64,000 nucleotides of DNA from an uncultured Verrucomicrobiae bacterium (lineage in GTDB: Bacteria; Verrucomicrobiota; Verrucomicrobiia; Chthoniobacterales; Chthoniobacteraceae), in contig CAVYKI010000006.1 in the NCBI GenBank assembly GCA_963769025.1, forward strand, positions 631,986 through 695,985, written 5' to 3'. Of this stretch, positions 10,161-20,402 are shown piece by piece. The first letter of the stretch is position 1. Every line of letters starts with the position of its first letter. Under the pieces are notes generated by a model. The model ran no database searches. It was not told the DNA's origin and saw only the letters and a program-made list of their open reading frames with translations. Position numbers and translations under genes: made by a program.

Positions 10161-12212
10161 TCATCCTGCGGGATTTTCATCGCGATTCTCCGTCACCCGC
10201 CGGATTGCTGCGATGAGCAGCGGGACTTCGATGGGCTTTACCAAGTGCTCGCTGAAACCCGCCATGCGGCTGCGGCGCACGTCCTCATCCATTCCGTAGC
10301 CGCTCATCGCGATGCAGGGGATGGCGCGGGTCGCCCGGATGCGCTGTATCAGTTCACACCCGCTCCCATCGGGCAGGCCGAGATCGCTCACTACCACATC
10401 AAAGTGTGCCTGCTCGGCGATGGCGAGAGCGTCGGCGACACTGCTGGCTCCGGTGACAAGGCAGCCGGCAGCGCGCAGGAGCCGGGTGAGCGTGCGAGCG
10501 GTGTCGGCGTGATCCTCCACCAGGAGCAGCCGGATGACTCCCGGGCGGCCCGCGGCCTCGGCCAATTCAGGCGGCAGACTTGCGGCAGTGGCATTGAGAC
10601 CCGGGAGTTCGATGACAAACGTCGCGCCGTGGCCCGGGCCGTCGCTTTCGGCGCGAATCGTGCCGCCTTGCAATTCGACCAGCGCACGGGAGATGGCGAG
10701 GCCGAGGCCCATCCCGCCGAAGCGTCGGGTGACACTGCCGTCGCCCTGCTCGAAGGCCTCGAAGATGCGTGGTAACGCATCGGGCGGTATTCCGATTCCC
10801 GTGTCGCTCACGCGTACTTCGCGGCGATCGTCGAGAAGCGCCGTGCTCACGCGGACGATGCCATCAGCGGGCGTGAACTTGACCGCGTTTTTGAGCACGT
10901 TCCAAAGCACCTGCTGGAGGCGGGCTGGGTCGGCCGCGACGAAACCGACTTCACCGGAAAATTGGGTTTCGAGGCGTACGTTTTGTTCGAGGAGCTGCTG
11001 GTGGCAGATGCCGCAGACACTGCGGATTGCGGCATTCAGATCGACGGCTTCAGTTTTCAATTCGATTTTCCCGCTGGCGATGCGGTTGAGATCCAGCAGG
11101 TCATCGATGAGCTTCGTCTCCAACTCGACGTTGCGCTTGATCATGATGATGTCTTCGCGCACGTCGGGCCGCAGGCCGGGATCGTGCTCCAGCGCACCTA
11201 CGGCCATGAGAACGGGCGTAAGCGGGGTTCTCAATTCGTGGCTGAGCACGGCGAGGAAGCGGTCCTTCGCCTGGTTCGCAGTTTCCGCGAGGTTCTTGGC
11301 CGCATGTAGCGCCTCCTCGGCGCGCTTTCTCTCGGTGATATCCCCGAAATAAACCGAGAGCCCGTCCTCCGATGGATAGCAGCGGCATTCGATCCACCGC
11401 GCGATGGGATCCGGGTAGAATTCCTCGAAATGGAGCGGTTGCCGGGTCTCCACGGCCCGGTGGAATTCCGCGAAGAACTTCCTCTCTTTCGCGCCCGAAA
11501 AAACATCCCACACGCACCCGCCGATCATGTCTTCGGGACTCACGCCGAGCAATTGCGCTCCTTGCTTGCTGAAATAGGAAAAGCGCCACTCCTTGTCCAT
11601 GACTGCGAGCCCATCGGTGATGCTGCCGAGCACGGTCTGCAGTCTGAGGTGGGCCTTGGCCAACGCCTCATCCGCGAGCTTGCGCCCGGTGATGTCGCGG
11701 ATGGCGGCGAGCCTGCCCACTGACTGGCCGGCGGTGTCCCGCAGCACGCTGACACTGGACTCCACATGCAAACGGCGACCATCCCGCCGGATGTGGATGC
11801 TTTCCCCCCGCCATTCGCCGTGTTCGCGCAACGCGTCGGTCGCAGCGGCCTCGTCCTCAGCGCGCAGCCAGCGGGTTTCGTGGATCCTCGCCACGTGGCG
11901 GCCGAGGACTTCGGAAGCTGTCACACCGTATTGCCGTTCGGCGGCGGCATTAAGGAAGGTCACGCGTTTGTCGTCATCCACTACGATGACGGCATCGCTG
12001 ACCTGTGCGAGGATCTCGCCGCGGAACCGGTTCGATTCTGCGTCCACGCCCTGGAGCGTGAAGACCCGCGGGCCCGACTCGCCGTCGATGACGAGCGCAT
12101 CCACCTCGCCGCAGCGGATGGCGCGCAAAGCCTCCTCCGCCTCTTCCAAGCGCGCGCGCAACTCCGCGTTCTCGGCGAGAAGCGATTGGTCGGGGGTGGC
12201 GTTTGCGGCCAT
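10161..12212 (-). CDS. Cytoplasmic PAS-PAS hybrid sensor histidine kinase with C-terminal receiver
   Basis: Two PAS domains (DITGRK, DITERK), H-box SHELRTPL, NVLKNAVKF, DTGIG, GMGLGL and a REC domain (VSDLGLPDG); no TM segment. Confidence 0.93.
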   Translation of the reverse strand: MAANATPDQSLLAENAELRARLEEAEEALRAIRCGEVDALVIDGESGPRVFTLQGVDAESNRFRGEILAQVSDAVIVVDDDKRVTFLNAAAERQYGVTASEVLGRHVARIHETRWLRAEDEAAATDALREHGEWRGESIHIRRDGRRLHVESSVSVLRDTAGQSVGRLAAIRDITGRKLADEALAKAHLRLQTVLGSITDGLAVMDKEWRFSYFSKQGAQLLGVSPEDMIGGCVWDVFSGAKERKFFAEFHRAVETRQPLHFEEFYPDPIARWIECRCYPSEDGLSVYFGDITERKRAEEALHAAKNLAETANQAKDRFLAVLSHELRTPLTPVLMAVGALEHDPGLRPDVREDIIMIKRNVELETKLIDDLLDLNRIASGKIELKTEAVDLNAAIRSVCGICHQQLLEQNVRLETQFSGEVGFVAADPARLQQVLWNVLKNAVKFTPADGIVRVSTALLDDRREVRVSDTGIGIPPDALPRIFEAFEQGDGSVTRRFGGMGLGLAISRALVELQGGTIRAESDGPGHGATFVIELPGLNATAASLPPELAEAAGRPGVIRLLLVEDHADTARTLTRLLRAAGCLVTGASSVADALAIAEQAHFDVVVSDLGLPDGSGCELIQRIRATRAIPCIAMSGYGMDEDVRRSRMAGFSEHLVKPIEVPLLIAAIRRVTENRDENPAG

Positions 12213-12244
12213 GGCGGTTCGGCGGATTTCGACGACGGAATTAT

Positions 12245-12607
12245 TTACTGAGGCCTGTCCTTGGCGGCCTTGCGAAGATCGAGCCCGAGGAGAATGCGTT
12301 CAGTCTGCGACATGTCTCCAATGAAGCGCCGCAGTGGAAGCGGCAGTTTTTTGATCAGGGTTGGGGCGGCGAGGATCTGTTCGCCTTTTGCCAGCGCGGG
12401 CTTTTTGGAGATGTCCACGACCTCGAGTTCGTAGCGGCCTTCCAGATATTCCTCGCAAATCTTGCGGATGTTCACGATCGCCTTTGCGGAATGTGCCGTC
12501 ATGCCAGTGATGTAGAGCAGCAACACGTAGCGCGAAGTGTCCTGCGCGACTGCGGCGGCCTCAAAGTCGGCGACGGCGCCCGGATCGCTGGCGGTCCTTT
12601 TCATCAC
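12245..12607 (-). CDS. kaiB: KaiB-family protein (second copy)
   Basis: LLLYITG...[20 protein letters not shown]...[24 protein letters not shown]. Confidence 0.93.
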   Translation of the reverse strand: MMKRTASDPGAVADFEAAAVAQDTSRYVLLLYITGMTAHSAKAIVNIRKICEEYLEGRYELEVVDISKKPALAKGEQILAAPTLIKKLPLPLRRFIGDMSQTERILLGLDLRKAAKDRPQ

Positions 12608-12936
12608 TCCCTGTCCTTCAACGGCTGAAGGTTCAGGCCAACGAGTACCCGTTCCTCATTGGACAGGTCCCCGATGATCTTTTTGATCGGTTCGGGCAGC
12701 CGGCGCACGAGGGTGGGGACGGCGAGGATTTGATCGCCCGCTGCGAGTTGGGGTGTTTTCAGGAGGTCGATGACTTCGATGCGATACTTGCCGGCAAGGT
12801 GCGTTTCGCAGATGCGCTTGAGGTTCTTGAACGCCGCGAGCGATTTCGGAGTCTGTCCTGCGACGTAGAGCCGCAGCTCGATCTGCGATGGCATGGCCGC
12901 GGCCGCTCGTTTCATTTTGGAGGGGGTGTCGATCAT
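12604..12936 (-). CDS. kaiB: KaiB-family protein (first copy)
   Basis: [12 protein letters not shown]...LKRICETHL...[24 protein letters not shown]; start overlaps the kaiC stop (ATGA). Confidence 0.93.
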   Translation of the reverse strand: MIDTPSKMKRAAAAMPSQIELRLYVAGQTPKSLAAFKNLKRICETHLAGKYRIEVIDLLKTPQLAAGDQILAVPTLVRRLPEPIKKIIGDLSNEERVLVGLNLQPLKDRE

Positions 12937-14678
12937 GGTTTTCCGTTGGTTCGTCGTTTGCCGTCCATTGCCCCGCCGCGCAAGCGGGCCATGGCTTCGG
13001 TGTTTTTCTGCTCGGCTTCTTCCTCCACGGCCTCCCGTGCGGTTGCGAGGGAGACATCGAGCGATCCCGCCTCCACTTCGGCCTGCAACGCCGCGATCTG
13101 TGCTTCGATTGCCTTCCGCTTTCCGGCGAACTGGCGCAACATCCGTTCGTGCTCCTGCCGGCGCAGGTCTGCAGCGGCGCGCTCCCGGCCTTGCTGCACG
13201 ACACGTGCGGTGCCAGTGAGCACCCGGTCCGCGCCGAGGTAGACATCCACGAGGTCGATGCCCTTGTCCGTCAGGACGAACTCCCGCACTTGATTCGAGT
13301 GGGCCATGCCGCGCGCCTTCAGGACGTAAATGGTGCGGTTGCGCTCGCCATTGGTTTCCACGTTCCGCAGCAGCAGCCAAGCATCCATGAGGGACGACAC
13401 ACCCACCTGCGAATCCTCAGGCGAAGCCGTCGCGCCGCCTCCGGTTGTCAGGCTGGTAAAAAGCGCGGTGATCTGCTGCTGCTTCAGAAAATCGATCAGC
13501 CGCATGAGCGTCGGCTTCACCTCCCATTCGCTGCGCTCGAGCGTGAGATTGCTGATCGGATCGACCGCGACCACGCTCGGGCGGAACGCGCGCACCGTGT
13601 CGTGCATCATGACGAGATGCTGCTCCAGCCCGTGCATCGTCGGGCGGGATGAATGAATCTGGAGAAGTCCCTTTTTCACCCACCGGGCGAGGTCGATGCC
13701 GATGGCGCTCATGTTGCGGATGATCTGCGCGCTGGACTCCTCGTAGGCAAAAAGGAGCGCCCGCTCGCCGCGCTTGCATGCGGTTTCCACGAACTTTGCG
13801 GCGATACTGCTTTTGCCGGTGCCGGGGGAACCGGAGATGAGCATGCTGCTCCCGCGGAAGATGCCCTTGCCGCCGAGCATCTCATCGAGCCGTGCGATTC
13901 CGGTGGGGATGCGCTCCGCCGGGGCTTTGTGATCGAGCTGAAGCGAAGTGATGGGCAGCACCGAGAGGCCGCGCTCACCGATGAGGAAAGGGTACTCATT
14001 CGTGCCGTGCGCGGTTCCGCGATACTTCAGCACCCGCAGGCGTCGGGTGGAAATTTGCTCCTGAAGCCGCTGGTCGAGGACGATCACACAATCGGCCACA
14101 TACTCCTCCAGCCCGAATCGCGTGAGCGAAGCCTCACCCTTTTCGCAAGTAATGACTGCCGTCATGCCCCGGTCCTTCAGCCAGCGGAAGAGCCGCCGCA
14201 ATTCCGCACGGAGGATGCCGTGGTTCGGAAGTCCGGAAAAAAGCGCCTCGAGAGTGTCGAGGACCACGCGTTTTGCGCCGATGGAATCAATGGCATGCGC
14301 GAGGCGGACGAAGAGACCTTCAAGATCGTATTCGCCGGTCTCCTCGATCTCGCTGCGCTCGACGTGAACGTGGTCGAGGACGATCTTTTTCCGGGCAACG
14401 AGCTTGTCGAGGTCGAAACCGAGCGAGCGGACATTGGCGGTCAGTTCCGCGGCGCTTTCCTCGAACATCATGAATACACCCGGCTGGCCAAACTCCGTCG
14501 CGCCGCGGATGAGGAATTCCATCGCGAGCATCGTCTTTCCGCTCCCGGCGCTCCCGCAGACCAGCGTGGGACGGCCTTTTGGCAGTCCGCCGCGGGTGAT
14601 TTCATCGAGGCCCACGATGCCTGTCGGCGCCTTTGGAAGGGTGGGGGGCTTATGCATTGTCTGTTTCTTGCCTTTCAT
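12933..14678 (-). CDS. kaiC: Double-domain KaiC (KaiC2-like) with C-terminal coiled coil
   Basis: Two RecA-like domains: [22 protein letters not shown] and [26 protein letters not shown]; phosphosite region GVSSLMD. Confidence 0.96.
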   Translation of the reverse strand: MKGKKQTMHKPPTLPKAPTGIVGLDEITRGGLPKGRPTLVCGSAGSGKTMLAMEFLIRGATEFGQPGVFMMFEESAAELTANVRSLGFDLDKLVARKKIVLDHVHVERSEIEETGEYDLEGLFVRLAHAIDSIGAKRVVLDTLEALFSGLPNHGILRAELRRLFRWLKDRGMTAVITCEKGEASLTRFGLEEYVADCVIVLDQRLQEQISTRRLRVLKYRGTAHGTNEYPFLIGERGLSVLPITSLQLDHKAPAERIPTGIARLDEMLGGKGIFRGSSMLISGSPGTGKSSIAAKFVETACKRGERALLFAYEESSAQIIRNMSAIGIDLARWVKKGLLQIHSSRPTMHGLEQHLVMMHDTVRAFRPSVVAVDPISNLTLERSEWEVKPTLMRLIDFLKQQQITALFTSLTTGGGATASPEDSQVGVSSLMDAWLLLRNVETNGERNRTIYVLKARGMAHSNQVREFVLTDKGIDLVDVYLGADRVLTGTARVVQQGRERAAADLRRQEHERMLRQFAGKRKAIEAQIAALQAEVEAGSLDVSLATAREAVEEEAEQKNTEAMARLRGGAMDGKRRTNGKP

Positions 14679-14845
14679 ATCGTGCTCGCTGGGAAATCGG
14701 TCGTCTCGGGGTTGGGGGCACCGTTGTTTGTGATTCGCCGGATCGCTGCGATGAGCTGGGAGACTTCGATCGGTTTTAGGAGATGCTCGGGAAAGCCAGC
14801 CTCCCGGCTCCGGTGAATGTCCTCATCCATTCCATAGCCGCTCAC
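14675..14845 (-). pseudogene. 3' remnant of a hybrid kinase receiver domain
   Basis: Translates SGYGMDEDIHRSREAGFPEHLLKPIEVSQLIAAIRRIT, paralogous to the C-terminus of 10161-12212; its stop overlaps the kaiC ATG. Confidence 0.8.
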
Positions 14846-14994
14846 GGGATCTCCGCAATTCCAAATCGAACGGTTTGCGCCCGATGGCTGCCACGGCGGA
14901 TGCCACGGCGGATGCGATGCCGACGATGCGACCCACCTTTTGCAGCAGGCGGCTGAGCTTGCGGGGCGCGGCCGGGGCGTCGTCGTTCCGCAGT

Positions 14995-15420
14995 TCAGTC
15001 CGGCAGTTGAGTTGGAGCGCGACCTTCATCTCCCGGCGCCCACGTAAAGTGACAGGAGGTGCAGTAGAACTGCCGTTCGGCGAGTCCGAGGGCCGCGGCC
15101 GCCGCGGGAATGAACGCCCCAACGATGGTGTTTCGCGAGAACTGCGGAAACTCCACCTGGGTGGAATTGCAGGAGGGACACTTGATGGCGAACTGAAGCC
15201 CCGAAGCCGCGGCGTCCATGGCGTGCAAGCGCGCCAAAGCTGCGTCCAGCTTGTCGGGAGGGACCAAGACATGCCATTGTCCGTGGGGGTGAGGATTGCA
15301 GAATCGGAGCAGTTGTTCAGCCGCATCGTTGTCTGTGATGGCGCCGAACCCTTCCTCGCAAAGCATGCGGGCGAGCTTCTCGGCAGGCGCGGAATCGTCG
15401 AAAGAGGCGATCGGAGTCAT
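14995..15420 (-). CDS. Hypothetical protein, DUF2007-like N-terminus plus Zn-ribbon (CPSC...CTSC)
   Basis: 141-aa ORF with two CxxC motifs flanking a hydrophobic segment. Confidence 0.6.
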   Translation of the reverse strand: MTPIASFDDSAPAEKLARMLCEEGFGAITDNDAAEQLLRFCNPHPHGQWHVLVPPDKLDAALARLHAMDAAASGLQFAIKCPSCNSTQVEFPQFSRNTIVGAFIPAAAAALGLAERQFYCTSCHFTWAPGDEGRAPTQLPD

Positions 15421-15531
15421 ACCCCTGTTTCGCCCGAATCAGGCGGTTTGGGCGTATGCGAAGTGCGCCGTTCTGCCGGTCTTATCGGGTTCGGGGCGTC
15501 CTGATGCGCACTAGAACGCGATACCCCGGGC

Positions 15532-16224
15532 ATGAAAACCTCCAGCCGGGACCCTGTATGCGGGATGGATGTGGACAAAGCCACCGCGGTCCGGACAACG
15601 CACGACAGGATCACCTTTTTCTTTTGCAGTGAAAAATGCCGACAGCAGTTTGAGCGTGACCCTGATGAGTTCGCAGGCGCGCCCGACGGCGAGAGAAAGC
15701 GAGGTCATGGCGAAAAGACGCGGCAGGAGGGGAGGGGCACGAAATTTTGGGACTACATCCCCCTCATAGTCGTTGTCGTTCTCACGTTGCTTTCGGCATG
15801 CGCGAAACAATACGCCTACGCTGGAGGATGGTGATGGATGGCATGGATGCACGATTTCATGGGCTTCTTCCTCGTCGTCTTTTCCATGTTCAAGTTCTTC
15901 AATATGGAAGGTTTCGCCGACGGCTTTCAGATGTATGACCTCCTCGCCAAACCCTTTCGTCCGTACGCATATTTTTACCCCTTCATGGAGGCCGCCCTCG
16001 GGCTGGGCTATCTCGCCCACTGGAATCCGACCTTTGTCTATGCGGCCACCGTCGCGGTGATGGTTGTCGGATCGCTCGGGGTCTTCAACGCGCTACGAAA
16101 AGGCCTCGATTTGGAATGCGCGTGCATGGGGACGGTGCTGCATGTCCCGCTTTCGACCGTGGCCTTGGTGGAAGACCTCGGCATGGCGGCGATGGCTGTC
16201 GGAATGCTCATCTTCGCGCATTGA
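15532..16224 (+). pseudogene. YHS-domain + MauE/DoxX-like membrane protein interrupted by one in-frame TGA (15832-15834)
   Basis: RDPVCGMDV...FFCSEKC (YHS) is in the same frame as MHDFMGFF...FQMYDLLA...ECACMGT; junction GGA TGG TGA TGG ATG. Confidence 0.75.
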
Positions 16225-16455
16225 GACGCCCCACAGCCAGGGCGAAGAACTGCAATCGCGGGCGTCGGCTTTGTGCGGAGCGCCGTATGGAAATCGGGAC
16301 GTCCACCGGCGACTTTGGCGGCGATTCATCAGCGACCCACATGAGAAAACATCCCCTCCTTCCGCGCCTCGATCCTCTTGGTCTCAAAACAGGAATCGAA
16401 CTCGCTGCCGGTGGGTTGGTGGCTTTGGTCCTGATGCGGTGGCTCGGGATGTAAA

Positions 16456-16651
16456 TATGAAGCGCATCGAATTCACCATCGCCGGCGAGGACGGCAAGTC
16501 CCTCCATGAGCCGGGATTCGTGGAAGATTGCACCGAATTGCCCGTGGCAGTGATGCGGGCCATGGAAGATTTTCTGGAAGCCCACAATGGACACCCACAC
16601 TTGCCAATTACAATCTTGGTGCGGCGCAGCATCGGAACAGCGACCTGTTGA
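16456..16651 (+). CDS. Small hypothetical protein
   Basis: MKRIEFTIAGEDG... ORF in a co-oriented run. Confidence 0.4.
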
Positions 16652-16661
16652 AACCCGGAGG

Positions 16662-16976
16662 GTGCCGCCGTCTGTGAAGGAATTCGACATCTACGTGCCG
16701 TGCCGGAAAAACGACGGAACGCTCGTTGAACTGGCCGATATCGAGTCCATCAAAAGCACTCTCATCAAGACGTTCGGCGGCTTCACCCATCTGCAACAGC
16801 GTAACAAGGGTGCTTGGAAAGTGGGAGGGACTACATTCCACGATGATGTGACCATTCTGCGCGTTTTGGACGACGGTTCCGCCGCTTTTGATATGCGGAA
16901 ATTCAAGGAAACTCTCGAACGCACGCTGAAGCAGGACAGCGTTTTGATCGTTGAGCGCGAGGTCAGATGTGTTTGA
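16662..16976 (+). CDS. Hypothetical protein
   Basis: KEFDIYVP..NDG...FGGFT...GAW...LERTLKQDSVLI; protein-like composition and upstream GGAG. Confidence 0.6.
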   Translation: MPPSVKEFDIYVPCRKNDGTLVELADIESIKSTLIKTFGGFTHLQQRNKGAWKVGGTTFHDDVTILRVLDDGSAAFDMRKFKETLERTLKQDSVLIVEREVRCV

Positions 16977-16997
16977 GGCGGCTTTTGCCAACCTACG

Positions 16998-17507
16998 ATG
17001 CGATGGTCCTACATGCGTGAACAGAATCACCCCAACGGGCCAGTGCGACTGAACCGCATCGAGGAAGATCCGAAGAGTGCGTTGCTCGCAAAACTGATGG
17101 ATTCGGCTTTCGTCGTTCCAGGGACCAAAATTCGATTCGGGGTGGACGCCCTTATCGGTCTGTTTCCAGGCGTCGGCGACTCGCTGGGTGCCCTTATTTC
17201 CACATTCATCATCGCCCAAGCCTCCCGAATGGGCGTGCCGCGGGTAATTCTGGCGAGGATGGCCATGCACATTCTCATTAACACCGTCGTGGGAGCGGTT
17301 CCCATCGTGGGTGACATGTTCTCAATGTTTTATCGTTCCAACCTGAAGAATTACGAGCTGCTACGCCGTTACGCGGGTCAGCGGCGAATTCCGACGGCCC
17401 GCGATTGGCTTTTCGTGCTGGGATTCGCCCTGCTAATGCTCGTGCTCGTGTCGGCGTTCGTCGCGGGTGCTGTCATAATCGCGAAAAAACTGATCGGAAG
17501 CTCGTGA
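16998..17507 (+). CDS. DUF4112 domain membrane protein
   Basis: LAKLMDSAFVVPGTKIRFGVDALIGLFPGVGD and GAVPIVGD motifs. Confidence 0.9.
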   Translation: MRWSYMREQNHPNGPVRLNRIEEDPKSALLAKLMDSAFVVPGTKIRFGVDALIGLFPGVGDSLGALISTFIIAQASRMGVPRVILARMAMHILINTVVGAVPIVGDMFSMFYRSNLKNYELLRRYAGQRRIPTARDWLFVLGFALLMLVLVSAFVAGAVIIAKKLIGSS

Positions 17508-17571
17508 AGTGGGGGGCGTAAAATGAGCAAAGCTTCCCGCCGGTCGGGGTGAGAATGATGCGCAAAAATCC

Positions 17572-17907
17572 ATGCACGCAGCCGATGTTGTAGAGCGATT
17601 CATTTTGAAGTTTATCCCCCCGAAAATGGAACCCGAACAAGCGTGCGAACAACTGGCCGGTGAATTGGAAGATGCCGCCCGTTGGTTGTCAGCAGGTGGG
17701 TTGAGCGAAAGGGAATTCTGCAACCTTTTATCCATTGTTGGAAAACGGAAGTTGAATGGGTCGGGCTTAAAGCTTGCAGGCTTCCGCGGCGGAGACGGGG
17801 GTGTACACTTCACGTTGAGGACTGCCGCCGATGATCTTTGCATCATCATGGATATGGACCCATGCACTGGCAGGCTGGTCACGCGATCACCGTGCTGGGG
17901 AGCGTAA
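17572..17907 (+). CDS. Hypothetical protein
   Basis: 111-aa ORF; no recognised motif. Confidence 0.35.
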   Translation: MHAADVVERFILKFIPPKMEPEQACEQLAGELEDAARWLSAGGLSEREFCNLLSIVGKRKLNGSGLKLAGFRGGDGGVHFTLRTAADDLCIIMDMDPCTGRLVTRSPCWGA

Positions 17908-18149
17908 ACTAAATTTCACAACGAATCAGTCTACGACCCCTCGGACTTGATCGAACACGGCGTTCTTCCCACTCAGTCGGTGCTTTTCGGATAACCGCGG
18001 GTTCCCGTAAAGGCCGCAATCGAGTAAACCAGAAGGGAGGGCTTACTCTCGCGTGTGCGGAACAGCATGAATAGCCACTTAATCATAATGCGCTTGTGTT
18101 CAGATCCTATTCGTTTCGGAAGGAGCGGACGGTTGCTCAGATTTCCATC

Positions 18150-18584
18150 TCAGGATTTCGACTTCATCGCCTGAATTGAGATTCGTGACGGGACCGAGGC
18201 AGCTAGCCGCGTCAAACGTTCAGAAAAGGCGATGTGGCACCTCGCCGAACAAAAGGAATTGAAAGGCCCCCGCTCGAAACGCCGGTATACGACCTCGTCA
18301 CTTGTGGGCGAAAGCGGTTTGCCGCAATTGTCACACGTGGTTTGGCTGTCGAGATGCGCGCCTCTCGCAATGGCGGCGGTGCCGTGGCCCCCAACGCATT
18401 GTTGGTGTGGATTGAGCAAGCGATGCGTTTCATCCGGTGCAGGTTCCCTCTCGGGGTGCACAAGTTTTGCGCTCCTAGTGAAAAGCCGCCAAGCGGCCAA
18501 ACCGAGCGCTGCTCCAACCCCGGCAATCGTCCAGAACGGAGATCGGGCTGAAATGGAGTGTGAATGGCCGAAGCGGTTTTTCAT
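18150..18584 (-). CDS. Hypothetical protein with N-terminal TM segment and TRASH-like Cys motif
   Basis: WTIAGVGAALGLAAW; CDNCG...FCSARC. Confidence 0.4.
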   Translation of the reverse strand: MKNRFGHSHSISARSPFWTIAGVGAALGLAAWRLFTRSAKLVHPEREPAPDETHRLLNPHQQCVGGHGTAAIARGAHLDSQTTCDNCGKPLSPTSDEVVYRRFERGPFNSFCSARCHIAFSERLTRLAASVPSRISIQAMKSKS

Positions 18585-18836
18585 CTCAACCGGCTATCGG
18601 TCTTCAATTCACGGATGCGGGTAACGATTTCCTTCTTTTTGCAGAACGCCACCGTGGCGAACGGGGATGGCGGGGTACGACCAGAAATCGGCGGGGGTTT
18701 CGGAATCTGGCGCTTTGGCGGCGGGCAGAACCTTTGAAGAACACACGCCCAAGTTTTGAGCGACGTGCGAACCACCCCCGAGAAAGCGATCCCCCACTCA
18801 TCCTGAGGATCGCAAACCTAAAATCAAAACCATGAA

Positions 18837-20350
18837 CAAAAAAGGCGGTCGCAAGGGTGGGCGCTCGGGAAGCAAGCGGAAGACCAAAGCTTGAACCCGC
18901 GATCACTCAGGCAGAGCGCTCCGACTTCGGGGCTGCAAAATCGGCAACTGCCAGCGCTTATGAGTGGCCGCAGTTTGGGCGGAGGTTGGATGAGGAAAGT
19001 TTCATCGGACGAATACATCCAAAATCGGGACATTCTGCGTTCGGAGGTTGCTATGAAAAAGTCAACGCAATCCACCAATCCCGAACCCTCTCACGACGAA
19101 ATTTCCGCACGCGCGCAGCAGATTTACGAAGAACAGGGCTGCCCATGCGGGAAAGCTGAGGAGCACTGGCGCGAAGCCGAGTGCCAATTGCGGGAGGCGA
19201 AGGCCAGTGACGCAGAGATGGGTGTTGTAGGTGCCCCGGCGCCGACAAAACCCGTGGCGGGCGCTTAACAGACCGGCCAGTTCGAAAACTTCTGCCAGCA
19301 ACTCTCCGAGCAGAAGCCCGGAGTCTGCTTCTGGTCCCGCCAAAGCTGCTCAGCCAACACAGGCCGCGGCGCGGTGCGCCTCGGAATCTGTTGAAATGAG
19401 CCAACGCCAATTCTTCCGCCTATTTGGCCGCGAGCTGCGAATTCGTTGTGGATGAAATCACTTCCATCGATATTTCGGGACGCCTTCGCCTCGTGGATGG
19501 CGCACAAGGGTCCCAAAATGGGCGCGGCTCTGGCGTATTACACGGCGTTCTCGCTGGCACCTCTGCTCGTGCTTCTTGCGGGCATTTTAGGATTGGTGAT
19601 TGATAATGATACGGCACGGACAGCGCTTGTGGGTCAGATTCACGACCTCATGGGCGACGAGGGCGGTGCAATGGTCGAAGCGATCCTCCAACGCTCAGCA
19701 CCGCACGAAAAGGGCGTATTGGCGACAATCATTGGCTCAGTGGTCTTGCTGTTAGGGGCGTCCGGCGTATTTGTTGAACTGCACGACTCGCTGAACACCA
19801 TCTGGGAAACCCCGCCGCGCTCCCGGCCATGGGTTGCATTCATCTGCGAGCGGCTGCTGTCGTTCGCGATGGTGTTCGCCCTTGGCTTCCTCGTGCTGGT
19901 GTCGCTCGTCGCGTCGGCGATCCTCGCAGCGGTAGGTTCCTACGTGAAAGGCTGGGCACCTGGATTCGAGGTGCTCTTGGAAGCCGCCAACTCGCTGGTG
20001 TCGTTCGTGGTGGTCACGTTGCTGTTCGGGGGACTGTTTCGGTTCCTGCCGGATGTGAAGGTCGCATGGCGCAATGTCTGGGCGGGAGCGGTCATCACGG
20101 CGGCGCTCTTCATTCTCGGAAAATTCCTCATTGGGTTCTACATCGGACGAAGCAGTTTCGCATCGGCGTACGGTGCCGCAGGATCCCTTGTGATCGTCCT
20201 GGTGTGGGTTTTCTATTCAGCGCAGATTTTCTTTTTCGGCGCGGAATTCACCCGGGCATTCGCACGCACGAACGGAGGCGTTCGAACGGCTCGGCATTCT
20301 GACCGCACGACATCCCTCGCTGCGATGCCTGCAGCACCGGAGGGCAACTT
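18837..20350 (+). repeat. 1,514-bp direct repeat, copy 2
   Basis: Matches 7882-9395; ends exactly at the IS left end. Confidence 0.95.
19053..19268 (+). CDS. DUF2934 domain protein (copy 2)
   Basis: Identical protein to 8098-8313. Confidence 0.85.
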   Translation: MKKSTQSTNPEPSHDEISARAQQIYEEQGCPCGKAEEHWREAECQLREAKASDAEMGVVGAPAPTKPVAGA

Positions 20351-20402
20351 GAGACCTCTGCGAAAAGCGAGTTTGCGCATGATAGGCAGGCATGAAAGCT
20401 AA
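19452..20402 (+). CDS. YihY/BrkB family protein (copy 2) with 16-aa IS-derived C-terminal extension
   Basis: Same as copy 1 except one M>L change; reads through into the IS end (RPLRKASLRMIGRHES). Confidence 0.85.
   Translation: MKSLPSIFRDAFASWMAHKGPKMGAALAYYTAFSLAPLLVLLAGILGLVIDNDTARTALVGQIHDLMGDEGGAMVEAILQRSAPHEKGVLATIIGSVVLLLGASGVFVELHDSLNTIWETPPRSRPWVAFICERLLSFAMVFALGFLVLVSLVASAILAAVGSYVKGWAPGFEVLLEAANSLVSFVVVTLLFGGLFRFLPDVKVAWRNVWAGAVITAALFILGKFLIGFYIGRSSFASAYGAAGSLVIVLVWVFYSAQIFFFGAEFTRAFARTNGGVRTARHSDRTTSLAAMPAAPEGNLRPLRKASLRMIGRHES

Noticed and set aside
15832..15834. Selenocysteine or genetic-code reassignment of TGA
   Set aside because: The context is not a Cys-type redox motif, and TGA terminates many other genes in the window.
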